From Octopus vulgaris (taxonomy: Eukaryota), in assembly GCA_951406725.2 (NCBI GenBank), contig OX597814.1, forward strand, positions 87,482,001-87,546,000: a stretch of DNA of 64,000 nt, in the 5' to 3' direction. Under the pieces are notes generated by a model. It was not told where the DNA came from. It made no database searches and saw only the letters and a program-made list of their open reading frames with translations. The translations under genes and the position numbers were made by a program. Numbering within the stretch: position 1 is the first letter of the stretch; each line of letters begins with the position of its first letter. This document shows, piece after piece, positions 25,091 through 38,109 of this stretch.

Positions 25091-25459
25091 TCACTTCTTT
25101 TTACCTGCAGTCTTTGGTCTTGAATTTCCATGGTGCATTTTACCTAACTGCTTCAAAACTTTATATGTTTGGATGCTGCCAGATGATCTTGTTGTTGGTG
25201 GTAACTGCTGAGATTGTTGTGATCTGTTGGGATCTGAAGACTGGCATCTAGCTGCTGCTTGTTTATTTTTACCAGTTGATTTTGACGTCGGGTCACTCAT
25301 TCCAACCTCATACAGAGCTTTTGCTATAGATCTTTCATCCTCTTCTTTATTTATCATATGAGAATATTTCTCTCTGCTCTGCTGAATGTATTGTTGCTTA
25401 TTATAGCTTCCTTCTCCATTGCTTGCGAATTTCTCAATATTCCACAAAGGAATTGGTTG
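25091..25459 (-). CDS. CCDC157: CCDC157 terminal coding exon 9
   Basis: TTTACAG|CAA CCA ATT CCT TTG TGG (QPIPLW), open to TGA at 25093-25091. The nine exons sum to 2172 nt = 723 aa + stop. AATAAA on the minus strand near 24830. Confidence 0.8.
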   Translation of the reverse strand, partial: QPIPLWNIEKFASNGEGSYNKQQYIQQSREKYSHMINKEEDERSIAKALYEVGMSDPTSKSTGKNKQAAARCQSSDPNRSQQSQQLPPTTRSSGSIQTYKVLKQLGKMHHGNSRPKTAGKKK

Positions 25460-25879
25460 CTGTAAATAACCATGAGAAAACTTTAAAAAATGCTAAAATA
25501 TATTTGAATTTTTTAGATGATGTCACTATTATTAGTTTATCATCTCGAACAATGTTTTCACTTTGGAGTAAATCTTTCTACTTGTAAAATATCATGACAT
25601 TTCACTTAAGCCCTCTAAAGATTAATTTAACCAGTTCATTTAAAACACGTATTTAATATATTTCAATTAACTAGTTTATCTGCACATTTTAGTTAAGTTA
25701 TCTGGTTGAACTCTTCTTATAACTAATTAACTTGACAATATCTATTTTAATATTAATGACTTGTAGGGACATGGTATTTTGTTATACAACCATAATATAC
25801 TATGAAGTATATTGTGTTTTTATAAGTCATTACTGTGTCGTACCGTGTAGAGATAGATAACCATAACAAGTCATCATTA

Positions 25880-27110
25880 TTATCCTCATCATTTAACATC
25901 AGTTTTCCATACTTGATAGATCTTCTCAGTACAGCATATCACCCAATGAGGTGCTTTTTACGTTGCTAGTTACACAACACTGGCATCAGCCATGACTACA
26001 ATTTCACTTAGCTTGATAGGTGTTCTCAAGCACAGCATAATGCCAAAGGTCCGGTCATTTGTCATTGCCTATGTGAGGCCCAACATTCAAAGATCATGCT
26101 TCAACACCTTGTCCCATGTCTTCCTGGGTCTATCTCTTCCATGGGTTACCTCCACCTTTAGAGTGCAGCACATCTTTAAACGGTTGTCTTCGTCCATACA
26201 CATCACAAGACCATACCAGCACAGTCGTTTCTCTTGCACACCACAAATGCCCACCTTTTCTCTTATGCTCAACTTTTCTCTCAGGATGCTTACATTCTGT
26301 TGTGCGTGCACACTGACATTAACATCCAGCAAAGCATACTAGCTTCATTTTTTACAAGCCTATGCATATCCTCAGCAGTTATAGCCTATGTTTCACTACT
26401 GTGTAGCATAGCTGACAATCTTTGTTACCAGCTGAGGTAGGAGCTCTCTGAACTTTGCCCAATCTATTCTTATTCTAGGAGCTACACATTCAGAGCATCC
26501 ACCCCAAAGGTAACAGAAGCTATAGACTACTTCTACTTTTCCCCCCTTGGCATGTGATGGGATCTATTTTCTGTACATTTTTAGTGTTAATGGTACCTGT
26601 GCATCTTTCACACACAAAAACTATTTTCCCTGTTAACCTTCCTCTGATATTGTTGCACCTCTTATGCATCCAAAACTTACACTGCCTATGCCTTTTCTAC
26701 AGATTGAGCAGGGCCATCTGCCTAAAGGGATTTGTGAATTGTCTGACTTCCTACTTACTAAGACTTTGGTTTTTGCTAGGTTAACTGTAAGATTCTTTGA
26801 TTCCAGACCTTGCTTCTACACCTGAAACTTCTTCTCTAGTTCTGGTAGTGATTCAGCTATAAGAACAAGGCTATTAGCATAGAAGAGCTCCCAGGGATAG
26901 CTTGTCTTAAATTCCTCTGTTATTGCCTGGAAGACTATGAGAAACAAGAGGAGGCTGAGGACTTGGTGAACCTCTACTTGCACCCTGAATTTTTCTCTGT
27001 ACTGGATGCCAACCCTCACCTTACTGACAGCATCCCTGTATGGCTTGTACAGCTCTCACCAACCACTCATCTATCCCTAGTTTCTGCATCGGCCACCAGA
27101 TAAGGGCCTA
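25880..27110 (-). mobile_element. Degenerate RTE LINE fragment, antisense to the copies at 36-48 kb
   Basis: QAITEEFKTSYPWELFYA, RPRKTWDKVLKHDL; (CAT)n tail on + at about 25885. Confidence 0.9.
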
Positions 27111-27300
27111 GAACAATAGAATGATTACATTACAAAATTAATTCTCATCCATCCTTAATCTCTGATCAAAGACCACCGGGGCTTATAGTCATTATAGATG
27201 TATTATAGTCATGCTATTTAGCTCTCTTTAGGTTTGGGCCACAGGTCCAATTAGCCCTCCGCAGAAGCTAAGTTCATACAGAATGCAGCATTTAAGCTAG

Positions 27301-27331
<31 letters not shown>

Positions 27332-27336
27332 ATGAA

Positions 27337-27670
27337 GGTGCATAGCTCAGTGGTTAGAGCATAGGGCTCGATCATGAGGTAGTGAATTTGATTCCTGGAC
27401 CAAGATATGTGTTGTGTTCTTGAGCAAGACACTTTATTTCATGTTGTTCCAGTTCACTCATCTGCAGAAATGAGTTGCGACATTACTGGTGCCAAGCTGT
27501 ATCAGCCTTTGCCTTTCCCTTGGGTAACATCAGTGGTGTGAAGACGAGAAACTGTTATGCATAGGTGACCTCTGGTCTTCCATAAACAACGTTAACCAGA
27601 CTTTTGCCTTGAAAGGGAACTTTTTAGGTGCAATCCCATGGTCATTCATAACCAAAGGGGATCTTTTATA
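27337..27670 (+). mobile_element. tRNA-derived SINE, second family (inverse copy at 18045-18378; fragment near 56005-56065)
   Basis: A box TAGCTCAGTGG and B-box-like TTTGATTCC, then GTGTTCTTGAGCAAGACACTTTATTTC; 3' end GCAATCCCATGGTCATTCAT. Confidence 0.8.
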
Positions 27671-27700
27671 CACATGCATGCATGCATCCATCCATCCATC

Positions 27701-27740
<40 letters not shown>

Positions 27741-28259
27741 GACAATGAGACAGAGAGAGAAAGAAAGAAAAAGAGTTGTGGGATGAAAACCAAGACTCAT
27801 TAAAGAGCGACTGAATTCAGGGATACTTTAATGTAAAACAGTTTCACATTATTAATGGTTATCTCCCTTCAGCCTGATTCTCGGTCCTAGTTCCAGGGAT
27901 TTAACGAGTGGTACCATGTTGTACAAGTGTTTATCACTATAATCCATTGATATACAGATGTCTCTTTATATTGATCTCATTCATCATTCTGTCTACTGAA
28001 AATCCAAATGCAATGGAAGAGCGGTGATGTGTGTAGACTTAACTAGCAAGTGCACGGTTATGCAGATCTGCTGCAGAACAGTCATCTGAGTGGTTGTGGG
28101 TAGAAAGCCAGTAACAAGGAAACAAAAAGAGACAGCAATTCTCTGTGAAGATGGAGCAGTCACTATATAAATGACATCCAGTGATACAGTACATGTTAAA
28201 ACCGTTTAAATCTTCTGCATTTAAATAGTTTTTGACTATTGAAATGTAGTATTTATATT

Positions 28260-28633
28260 GGTTGTATACTGTCAATTTAACGTGACAGTATGGGATTACA
28301 CCACCGCTGTTTAGCCCTAGGAAGCATCGACGCCTCCTGATGGCTTCGACACATTTTTTCCTGTGTCCTTATATATTTACGAAGGGGAGACAAATACCCC
28401 CAGCGGCCAGGCCTGCATCTAGAGACATGCATGTTTCAGGATCTTTGTCCATCATCGGTCTAGTGTAGCAGAAGCCCGCCAGCTGCAGATATCTGTCCCG
28501 ACTTCGTAAATATATATATCTAATTTTCAGTGAAGTTTATGTGTCGAAGCCATCAGGAGGCGTCGATGCTTCCTAGGGCTAAAGAGCGGTGGTGTAATCC
28601 TCTACTGTCACGTTAAATTGACAGTATACAACC
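28260..28633. mobile_element. Young foldback MITE with ~95-bp TIRs and 3-bp TSD (ATT)
   Basis: att|GGTTGTATACTGTCAATTTAACGTGACAGTA...TACTGTCACGTTAAATTGACAGTATACAACC|att; further inner inverted blocks (TATATTTACGAAG / CTTCGTAAATATA). Confidence 0.88.
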
Positions 28634-29909
28634 ATTCTATTGCCCCACCACCGTACATATCTCTATGAGATATTTAGAAATTTAATATTTCAGTATTTAT
28701 ATTAAGGTGACAGAATAAACCATCATAAGGAGAGGAAGAGAAAAGCAAACGAAAGAGAGAAATATTTGAATGTAATTGATTTTTACTGCTACAAATCAGT
28801 TTACATATGATTAGACACAGACGTGGTTTTGTGGTAAGAAGTTCACTTCCCAATCTCAGTTCAGTCCCACTGTGTGACACCACGAGCGGCTGTCTTCTAT
28901 GATGCCCTTGTCCAACCAAAGCCTTGTGAATAGTTCTAGTAGATGAAAACTGAAGAAACCCAGAAGCCCGTTATATAAATGTGTGTGTTTGTATCTCATC
29001 TTGACATTGTGTAATAGTTGTAAATGATTCTTTACTCCCTAGAACAGTACTAGTTCACCCTCTTACCTACACTGCATATATGACGGTAGTCATACAAGCA
29101 ATGTCATTTATTTCCAATGTTCTGTGAGAACAAATTTGCCTATAGGAAAATATTACTTTGCTTGGTGACAGAAGGGGCATCCAGCTAGAGAAAAACTACC
29201 TCAATAAACTCTATCTGACCAATGGAAGGAAGCATCAGAAAGTGGACATTAAAAAGTTGATGGTGATGAATTGAGCAAGATGTCATTATCATCATACCCC
29301 CACCCCGTCATCATCTTCAATTCTTTTAAAATTTAGTTTGAAGAAGTGTTGGGTAGTGCTTATAGCCTTTGCAGGACTGTAACAAACTAATGAAGTCAAA
29401 GCAGTTGATATTACACAATTAGTACTTCTGCAAGCAGATATCTTTATAGAAAATATGGAAAAAGAATTTCCTGCCCACCGCAACAGAATTGAGATCATAA
29501 AAACCAGGTGCCCCATAAAAAGCATTAATATGGATACTGCTGCCATGTAAAAAGCATGCGTGCCAGTACCACATAAAAAGCACCCAGTACAATCTGTGGA
29601 GTGGCTGGCATTAGGAAGGGTATCCAGCTGTAGAAACCAAACCAAAACAGACTATGGAACTTGATGTGGCCCCTGGCCTTGCCAGTTCCTGTCAAGCCAT
29701 CCATCCCATGCCAGCATGGAAAACGGATGTTAAAATGTTGATGATGGTGTAGTGTGTTGCGGCATAGCTTGATAAAGTAATGCGATGCTGGTTGACTGGT
29801 GTTAAGCTACTGGAGTAACATAATGATAATTATAGTGAAGATGACAGGGGTTACAGCAATTATGGTAACAGTGATGCTGACAACAAAACAAGAAAGAATA
29901 TGTCCTTAC

Positions 29910-30058
29910 CAACTTAGCAACAGTTTGTAAGATAAGGGGATCAACGCAAATCTTCTCTAAGGTATTCCTTAAAACCAGGTTTTGCTTCTCTAAAAGTTCG
30001 ATACGAACTATATTGGACTTCAACTGGAGGGCCATGTCCTTTTCAAGATGACCACTGT
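29910..30058 (-). CDS. CCDC157: CCDC157 coding exon 8
   Basis: CCAACAG|AC AGT GGT; SGHLEKDMALQLKSNIVRIELLEKQNLVLRNTLEKI (conserved DMxxQVxxNxxRIxxLExxN); donor TTG|GTAAGG. Confidence 0.88.
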
Positions 30059-30175
30059 CTGTTGGATAGAAAGTAGTGAAAGTACTTTAAGGTGTCAGTA
30101 AAATATCTTGTGCTAAAACGAATAGAAGCTTACTAGTGATAAAAGGATTTTCTCTAAATATGGAACTACGCTGCT

Positions 30176-30234
<59 letters not shown>

Positions 30235-30289
30235 TGTGATGAAAAAACTGTTGTCTAAATTAGGCAAAAATGAAAATAAACCTGACATC

Positions 30290-30755
30290 TCATCTTAACA
30301 GGTATATTTACCAAAATTACATAAAAATATCTTGAACTACTAAAGAGTAAATTTATTTAATAAAATCACCATTGACTTTGGAATCTCCTGAAACTCTTCT
30401 GGATGGTCTCCTTAAGTGGGTGAATGCTGCCATAATTTTTGTCTCCAGTTCATCTTTGGTTGTTACAAGGAATTTTGTTAGTCTCTCATTCAACTGCACC
30501 CCACACATAATAATCAAGGTAGTTGCAACCAGGGGAGTTAAGTGGCCGGATGTTAGGGGTGATGTGGTCGCAGAGATTGTCTGACAGCCATGACTGGATT
30601 CTCCCGCTGGTGTGGCATGGTGCAGAGTCCTGTTGCTAGACATAGGGTTTCCCAGTTGCCACCCTCTTGACCCAGGGCAACACTACCTCCTCCAGGCACT
30701 TGATGTAGGCCTGTGTTGAGTCTGAATGTTTTCTCATGTATGCAATATCGATAAG
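30290..30755 (-). mobile_element. Tc1/mariner (maT/DD37D-like) transposase C-terminal relic
   Basis: Relic reading QQDSAPCHTS...SWLSDNLCDHITPNIRPLNSP..NYLDYYVWG. Confidence 0.8.
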
Positions 30756-31329
30756 CTGCAGAAGGGCTTAAGCAGCCCCATACCACTTATATCATTGTCT
30801 GCTCCCCTGTACCCTTTACTTATTTCCGTAATCATTTATCTTTATTTACATATCCATTGTAACGGTTTTAACCTATGCCTTCAGTTCAAATATAATCCGA
30901 CCAAATGTAGAGATCGCTGGACTTAACCAGTCCTATTGCGGACAACAGATGGGGTTCTCTGGAATATTCCTGTGAGTACACTATCTTAAGCACCCTACGG
31001 TAATGTTTTGGATACATTCTAACTTGAGTTTTATCTTTAGCATAAGTAATGCCCTGTGACAGTCATGTTAGTAGGTTTCCTTGTATTATTATTTTTTGCT
31101 AATTTCTTTTTATAACTTTTAAAAACATCTTGGTTCCTCCTTATATTGGAATTACTCCCAAAATTTCTTTATTCCCTAGAACAGTACTAGTTCACCCTCT
31201 TACCTACAGACTTTTGTAGCCCCAGGATGTTAGATTATATGCTTTTAATATTTTGGGCTTCCAGACTTCTTTTCTAGGTCATGTTTTCTTTCCTATTTCT
31301 TCTTCCTTTTGTTTATTTTGGATGCTTTT

Positions 31330-31450
31330 GTTTTACTCTGATGAAGCACCGTGCCCTGATTCAAATGTCCTATGAAGATGAGGAATTTTATTTTCGCAAT
31401 TATTCGTAGACATTGATTGGCACCAGATGCAGAAACAGCCATAAGGTTTG
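31330..31450 (+). ncRNA. Decayed type I hammerhead ribozyme-like motif, probably from a Penelope-like element
   Basis: CTGATGA (31338-31344), long stem II (GCA..GTGCC..AATGTC / GACATT..GGCAC..TGC), GAAAC at 31432, then AGCCATA. Confidence 0.45.
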
Positions 31451-32296
31451 TTATGTCACATAAATGTTATGCCATGTTCTGTATTAAATAATAAGCTATA
31501 AATGTGGTCCAGTTGATGTGCTTGTTGATCTGAGGTTTTCTCCATTTTCTCATCATCATCATCATCATCGTTTAACGTCCAATTTCCATGCTAGCATGGG
31601 TTGGACAGTTCAACTGGGGTCTGGGAAGCCCGAAGGCTGCACCAGGCCAGTCAGATCTGGTGGTGTTTCTACAGCTGGATGCCCTTCCTAACGCCAACCA
31701 CTTCCTGATAAACTTTTGTTTATTCTATTGTTACCTGTACTCTACAAGCATAGTGTGCCAGCATACCCATGCCTTGAGATAACACAGGTAATAGATACCG
31801 ATAGTGTATACAGATATTTTATCCCTTAGTCAGTTATTATAACCGCTGACTCTGCTTACATGTATATATATATATACACACACACACACATTTGTATGTC
31901 TGTATATTAGTGAGCAGATACTGAAGGCAATAGATCTAAAATGATTGGGGAGGAACAAATTAAATATGAGTCAAAATTATAATGACAGTTAGCAGAATAT
32001 GAACTGCAAAGGAAAAAACAGAGCTGGCTGGAGTTATAAGATATGTAATATTATATGGTTATTCAAGTCAAGAGATACTTGTTGACACAGTAAAGAAGAC
32101 AAAAGAACTGCAAATAATTCTTGATATATGTAACATTAATTTGGAAAATAGATTAAGTGTTATGAAGGCAAAGGAAATGTAGAGATGCATACAAAATTTG
32201 ACAAAGTACAAAAGGATTAAACACAAGCAACACTAGCTACTTGTTCAAGACAAGCCAAAAATGAAAGTAAAATAAAAAAATATCTGATATTCTTAC

Positions 32297-32465
32297 ATAA
32301 ATTATCATCCAAAACAGGGCCATTTAAGTCAGGATATTGCACCAAAAGGACTTCTCGCTCCTGAGTCTTTTTCAGTTCTTTAGTAATTTCTTCAACTCTT
32401 GATCTGACTGCTGTGAGCAATTTCTCATTTTCATTTTTTTCATCCATTGCATGCTGTTGTTTGCT
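32297..32465 (-). CDS. CCDC157: CCDC157 coding exon 7
   Basis: AATGTAG|AGC AAA CAA...; contains EREVLLVQYPDLN (conserved ERERLLVxFPDL motif); donor T|GTAAGA (phase 1). Confidence 0.88.
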
Positions 32466-33008
32466 CTACATTAACCAAAATATCTCATTATTCTTATTAC
32501 AATTTATGCAAATAAATGAAATCAAAAAAATAAGTTGATCTATGCAGAACCTCCTTTGTTTTGAAATTCATTAAGAAGGGATGGATGCAGAAAGCCATAT
32601 GCAGATACCTATTTGGTTTACATGACCTCTTTAATAATAAAAATCATCCAAAAATGGAAAAAAAAGAAATATACTACACAGTTGTTGCATGAGTACTACA
32701 ATCTACTTTACATAAGTATCCAAGGGCACTAGCATGAACTAATGAATAACATCTGCATTGTGGTTAAGAAGATCTACCCTCACTGATTTGAATGAACACT
32801 TCCCTTTGTAACTTAACCTGATAAACTGTACTGTGATAATAACCATAAAAGCTTTTAATACAATAAGAAAATTGACACTATTAACCTTTGACAGCCCTCT
32901 TTTCTGACAGTCAACTCTATCTAAATTTCACTACAAATTTATGCCCTTCACCCCCAGCTATGCGGGGGAACTATTGCTCAGGCTAAAATTAATAAAGACA
33001 AGTGTTAC

Positions 33009-33185
33009 CTCTTCATACTTCAACTGTTGCTGTAAATGTATTTTCTCTTTAAGTAATTCATCATATTTCTCTAGGTTTTCATCAATGTCATCCTGCAGAT
33101 CTGCTAACTGGTCATGAAGAGTTAAATTTTCTTCACTTAATTGTTCAACTCGTTCCAACAGTGAATCTTGTTTCTTTTGCATCGA
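33009..33185 (-). CDS. CCDC157: CCDC157 coding exon 6
   Basis: GATACAG|TCG ATG CAA; SMQKKQDSLLERVEQLSEEN resembles SLQAKQRALL in vertebrate CCDC157; donor GAG|GTAACA. Confidence 0.85.
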
Positions 33186-35084
33186 CTGTATCAATACAGA
33201 ATATTATTTCTAAAATGGTACATTACCAAAGAATATCTTATTTCTAACATGAAAATTAGATGAGTTATTCCCAAATCAATTCTTATGAAGAACTAATAAT
33301 TACTTTAAATCTTTAAACTATTAGACAATTTCCTGTTAATTTAATGCTCTGCTAAGAAAATATGAATCTTTTTTGTTAACCATTATATTGACAAGTAAGT
33401 TAGGTCAAAAGCTGTTGTTTTTGTTTAGCACCACATTAGTCTGATCAAGCAAACATAAGACCAAAAACATTTCAGCCACCATTCAGTCAATGGGGAATCT
33501 TTAATTTTGTGAGCTACATGACAACCTCACTAGTGCTGATACCACAAAAAAAGCACTTAATACATTCTATAATGTGGTTGGCATTAGAAAAGCCATGCAG
33601 CTATAGAAACCCTGCCAAAGCAGACATTGTAGAATGATGCTGTCTTCCAATTTGTTGGATCCTTGCAAACTGTCCAACCTGTGGAAGATGGATGATAAAA
33701 GATGATAGCATTATTATCCAGTGTGTCTTTTCTTTATTTAAGATGGTATGGTGTGATTTTTATGACAATTTGGCTACTATTTCAAGCACCTTGATTAACA
33801 AATAAAAGCTCAAACATTGGCCCAAGGGTAGAGAGTTTTCCTTCATTGTAGTTGTCACTCTACATATACAGCCAACATTCTGCTTCTTCAACTATTACAG
33901 CCATCACTTCACAGCTCTTATGTTAGATAAATGTGAGATAAGTTGTTTAGTACCTTATCCAGTATTAAGAGCAGTTCACAAGTCTTTAACCAAAATATCA
34001 ATTCAGCCTTTGAGACTTATCAAATAACTGATCGTAGAAAATATATTTCCAATAATATCAAACTAACTGGTTATATAACTATAAAACATGTAAATATTCC
34101 AAGGACTTGAAAGAAACTTGAAGGCTGATATAAGATTTGAAGAATGATGTCTATTTCTTATAGTTAAGGAAACTGCGGAATATTGAATTAAGAAGAGCCC
34201 TACCCTGATGACACTCACAATGGCAGTGACAATGACAACAAGCCTCAACATAACATTCAATTTTCCAAGATGGCACAGGGCAGATGTATCTCATGCACAT
34301 CACATCATTACACATCTTACTCTTTTGTCATTTATTTTGTGAGATCTATTAGTGGAGATTTGTCCTCATTAATTTCCACATCTACTGAGAACAAATTACA
34401 CCTTTTTCGCGCAATGCTTATTGGCCATTCACATTATATCTGTACATGGTCATGTCTCATGCACACTTCAACTGATGTATTTAATGATTAGCTGCTCTTG
34501 TGCAGTATTTAATACAGATTAACATTATACATCTAACAGATCATAAATACCATTTTTTTTTTTTGCCATTTACATCACTCTCCCTTTTAAAGAAAAGACT
34601 ACAACAGATTAGAAAATAACTTATGAGCTGGCAGCTAGCTCAGTACATTGTTATTTCATCTTTAACACAATACAATGACATGATTTAAAGAACATTTTGA
34701 AATTGAACCACTTAAATGCTGGATTGCAAAGCAGAAAATCTTTTGTTTAAACAATCCAACAGCCATGATGTTATAATAGAACATATCACCCCACTTCTCT
34801 TATTCTACTTGGCTAAATACCAATTCCATATGTTAAATGACAAAAGCTGCTAAACAAAAGCACATAGAACCTCCTCTTTGGTTGTAGTTAATTAAATGAC
34901 ATTCTGAACTTCAATAGACAGTCATGACAGACCATAAGTGATAACTTATACTTTGGCTAACAAACTTCACTTCAACAGACATCATGGAAATTAAGGAGTA
35001 ACATCATTATCATCAATACATCTACCATCAAATTCATTTTTTCTATATCAGCATAGATTGAACATGAGTAAGTATTCAACAAAC

Positions 35085-35275
35085 CTCACTATGTTTCAAT
35101 ATACTCTTACACTTTGCTTGTGTTAATGCTAGTTCTTTAGCTGATTCAGCAAGTTTTTCACTACATTCAGTGTTTTGTAATCTCAGTTGATTCATTTTTT
35201 CCTGAAATTTCTCTCTATCTTGAGTAGCTTCAGTCATTTTCTTCAATTCTTCAGTCAACTGAGCTTTCACCAACT
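35085..35275 (-). CDS. CCDC157: CCDC157 coding exon 5 (coiled coil)
   Basis: ATTTTAG|AG TTG GTG...LVKAQLTEELKK...KHSE|GTTTGT; phase 1 to 0. Confidence 0.82.
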
Positions 35276-35869
35276 CTAAAATTATAAGATATTGAAGAAA
35301 TTCATAAACTTTCTAAACTTAGGAAAAGAAATACAAACCTACATAATTATGTGTACATGATCATTGCCATAATATTGAGGTGGTAAGGGTTGAAGAAGCA
35401 GTGATGGTGATGCTAGTATTTGCCATGGTGGTAGAAGTGGTATTAATATTGGTTTTCAATTTTGGCATAATTTTGGGGAAGAAGGAGTAAGTCAATTACA
35501 TTGACCAATGCTCAACTGGTACTAATTTTATCAACCGTCAAGAGGATGAAAAGCAAAGACAACCTTGGTGGAACTTGAACACACAATGTAAAAATGGATG
35601 AAATGCCACTAATTCTGCCAGCTTGCCATCTTAGAAGTGGTATTAATACTAATAGCAAAATGGTGAATGAACATAGATACTCCAAACAAATATTTGGATT
35701 TGTAGACTGGTCTTACCAGCATGAACATGAAAAGGATAGATATAAAACAAGGCACGTGATACAGATGAAAAACCACTAAGTGTGTACCAGCTTTAAATAA
35801 GAATATCATTACACTAAACCAACCAAAGAATTTACAGGTTTCTTTTCTTTAAGATTCTTTCACACTTCA

Positions 35870-37590
35870 GTATAAAGCAATTAAAGGTATGAAAACAGGA
35901 GAAGCCCCTGATCCATCAGGAATCACTGCTGAGATGCTGAAAATATCTGGTAGAGTAGGTTATGGTCTAGTCACCTGTATAGTTAATCAGGTTATTCAGG
36001 AAGGTGCAATCCTCAGTGACTGGTGAAGCAACATCATACTTAGTTGCCACAAGGGAAGGGAGATGCCTTAGATAGAAGTAATTATAGAGGCATAAAATTG
36101 CTGGACCAGGTGATAAAGGTTATGGAGAGAATTATAGCCCAATTAATTAGGAACAGAATTAGACTAGATGAAATGCAGTTTGGCTTTGTGCCAAGAAGAA
36201 GCAGTACGGATGCTATTTTCATAGTCAAGCAACTACAAGAGAAGTATTCGGTTAAGAAGGAGCCATTGTACTTGGCATTTGTTGATCTGGAGAAAGCCTT
36301 TGACTGGTGGTTTCTGAAGTAACTAGGGGTAGACAGATGGCTTGTGAAAACATTACTGGCTATGTACAGAGGATTAGTTAATTAGATAAAAGTTAGCCAT
36401 GAGCACAGTGATAAATTTAGTGTACTGGTAGGTGTTCATGAAGACTCGGTCCACAGCCCCCTCCTATTTATCATTGTCCTCTGGGCCATAACATAAATTT
36501 AAGACTGGAAGCCCATGGGAACTACTGTATGGTGGTGATTTTGCTCTCATAGTAGAATCTGTAGCAGAACTAGAAAAGAAATTCTAGACATGGAAACAAA
36601 ACCTGAAACCTTAAAGTTAACTTAAGTCCTAGTAAGCAAGAAATCAGACAGGATGTTACCTACTTCAAGTAAACGAGCCTCCTCAATATGTAGAAAAGGT
36701 GTAGGCAGGAATTCCATTCAGTGTACCCAGTGCAAGCTACGGATACACTAGAGGTTCAGTGGAATAGTAGGAAGGTTGACAGAGAAAATAGTGTTTGTAT
36801 GTGGAAGATGTACAAAAGCCAAAAAGTCTGGAGATATGTGGGGATGAGCCAGAAGAGGGCCAAGAAAATGGTCAAAGGACTGACTGGAAGAGGAAGCATG
36901 AGAAGGAAAATTATATGATGCATGTATATGAACAGCAATGCTATATGATAGTGAGATTTGGGCCCTGAATGCACAGGACATGCAATGTGCAAGAGAGAAG
37001 ACTATATGCTGGTTTGGTCATGTGATGCATGTGGATAAGAACAGTTACATAAAGAAGTGCCAATAACTTTAAGCGGATAGAACTTGTTGAAGATGGAGAC
37101 CCAGAAAGATATGGGATGAAATATAGAAGGTCGATCTCAAAATGCTGAGCTTTACAAAGGAGATGACCAAGATACTTGACACCTTGCTGTACTCAAGAAG
37201 AGCTGCCCAATGCAATGGAATTGATATCCTAAAACCACCTGTATCTGTCCTTTCTATAGTATAAATCTCTCAACTGGCACAAAGCCACTCTCCTTCTATA
37301 CTACCCCACCACTCTCAGTTAAGGGGATTTTGTTACGCAAGGTACTTGGTGACCTTGTCAGTGATGGTGCCACATAAAAAGCACTGGTGATAGTGCTATT
37401 TAAAAAGCACTGGTGCTGGTGCTGGTGCCACATAAAAAGTCCCCAGTACACTCACTAAAGTGGTTGGTATTGGGAAGAGCATCAATTTACAGAAATCATG
37501 CCAAAACAGACAATGGAACCTGGTGCAGCTCCTATCAAACCGTCCAACCCATGGCAGCATGGAAAACAGGCATTAAATGATGATGATACC
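35870..37590 (+). mobile_element. Older degenerate RTE LINE fragment
   Basis: KGDALDRSNYRGIKLLDQV...FVDLEKAFD with stops and frameshifts; degenerate 3' UTR and GAT tail. Confidence 0.9.
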
Positions 37591-37900
37591 TTGCACTATT
37601 ACAAAAAATAGACAGATTATTTATAATTAATATTGACTTCACATTATGGATGACCCAATTTCTGACTATAATAGGAAATATAAACAAAAGAAGTGTATAT
37701 TGTCTTCTCACAACCATTTCATGGGATTGATAAAGACAAGAACCTAATCTAATGAAAGAGCCCATTCAAAATGGTATAGTTATTGTTCTCCCTAATTGCA
37801 AACAAACTTATACTCCATTTGTTTATATTTTCTGATTCATACCAGTATAAAACATCACAAAACTGTCAACTCAACTCCAGAGATGATCCTTGAAACTCAC

Positions 37901-38109
37901 TGAAGTCTTGTGCGTTCTTTTGTTCTTTTCTCAGATTCTCACGGCATGTTTCAAGCTGATTTCCTATTGATTTGATCTGGAATTGCAGTTTCCCCTTCTC
38001 ATCATAGATTTCTTTGAGTTTGGTCTGGTGTTGCTTTTGAAGGACAACATTTGTCTCCTTCTCTGAGGCCAGTTTTTTCTCAGTCGCTTTCTGATGGTTC
38101 TCCAAAGAT
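37901..38109 (-). CDS. CCDC157: CCDC157 coding exon 4 (coiled coil)
   Basis: TATTCTAG|A TCT TTG GAG...SLENHQKATEKKL...QDF A|GTGAGT; phase 2 to 1. Confidence 0.82.

Noticed and set aside
27337-27410. tRNA gene
   Set aside because: tRNA-like head continues into a SINE body present in several copies; cloverleaf is degenerate.
27835-27875. Second hammerhead-like motif on the minus strand (CTGAAGG...GAAAC)
   Set aside because: The core deviates from CTGANGA and I could not build stems I-III.
34063-34491. Possible extra CCDC157 exon or small gene
   Set aside because: Flanking exons already join in phase with the expected conserved sequence; no motif recognised; probably old repeat debris.
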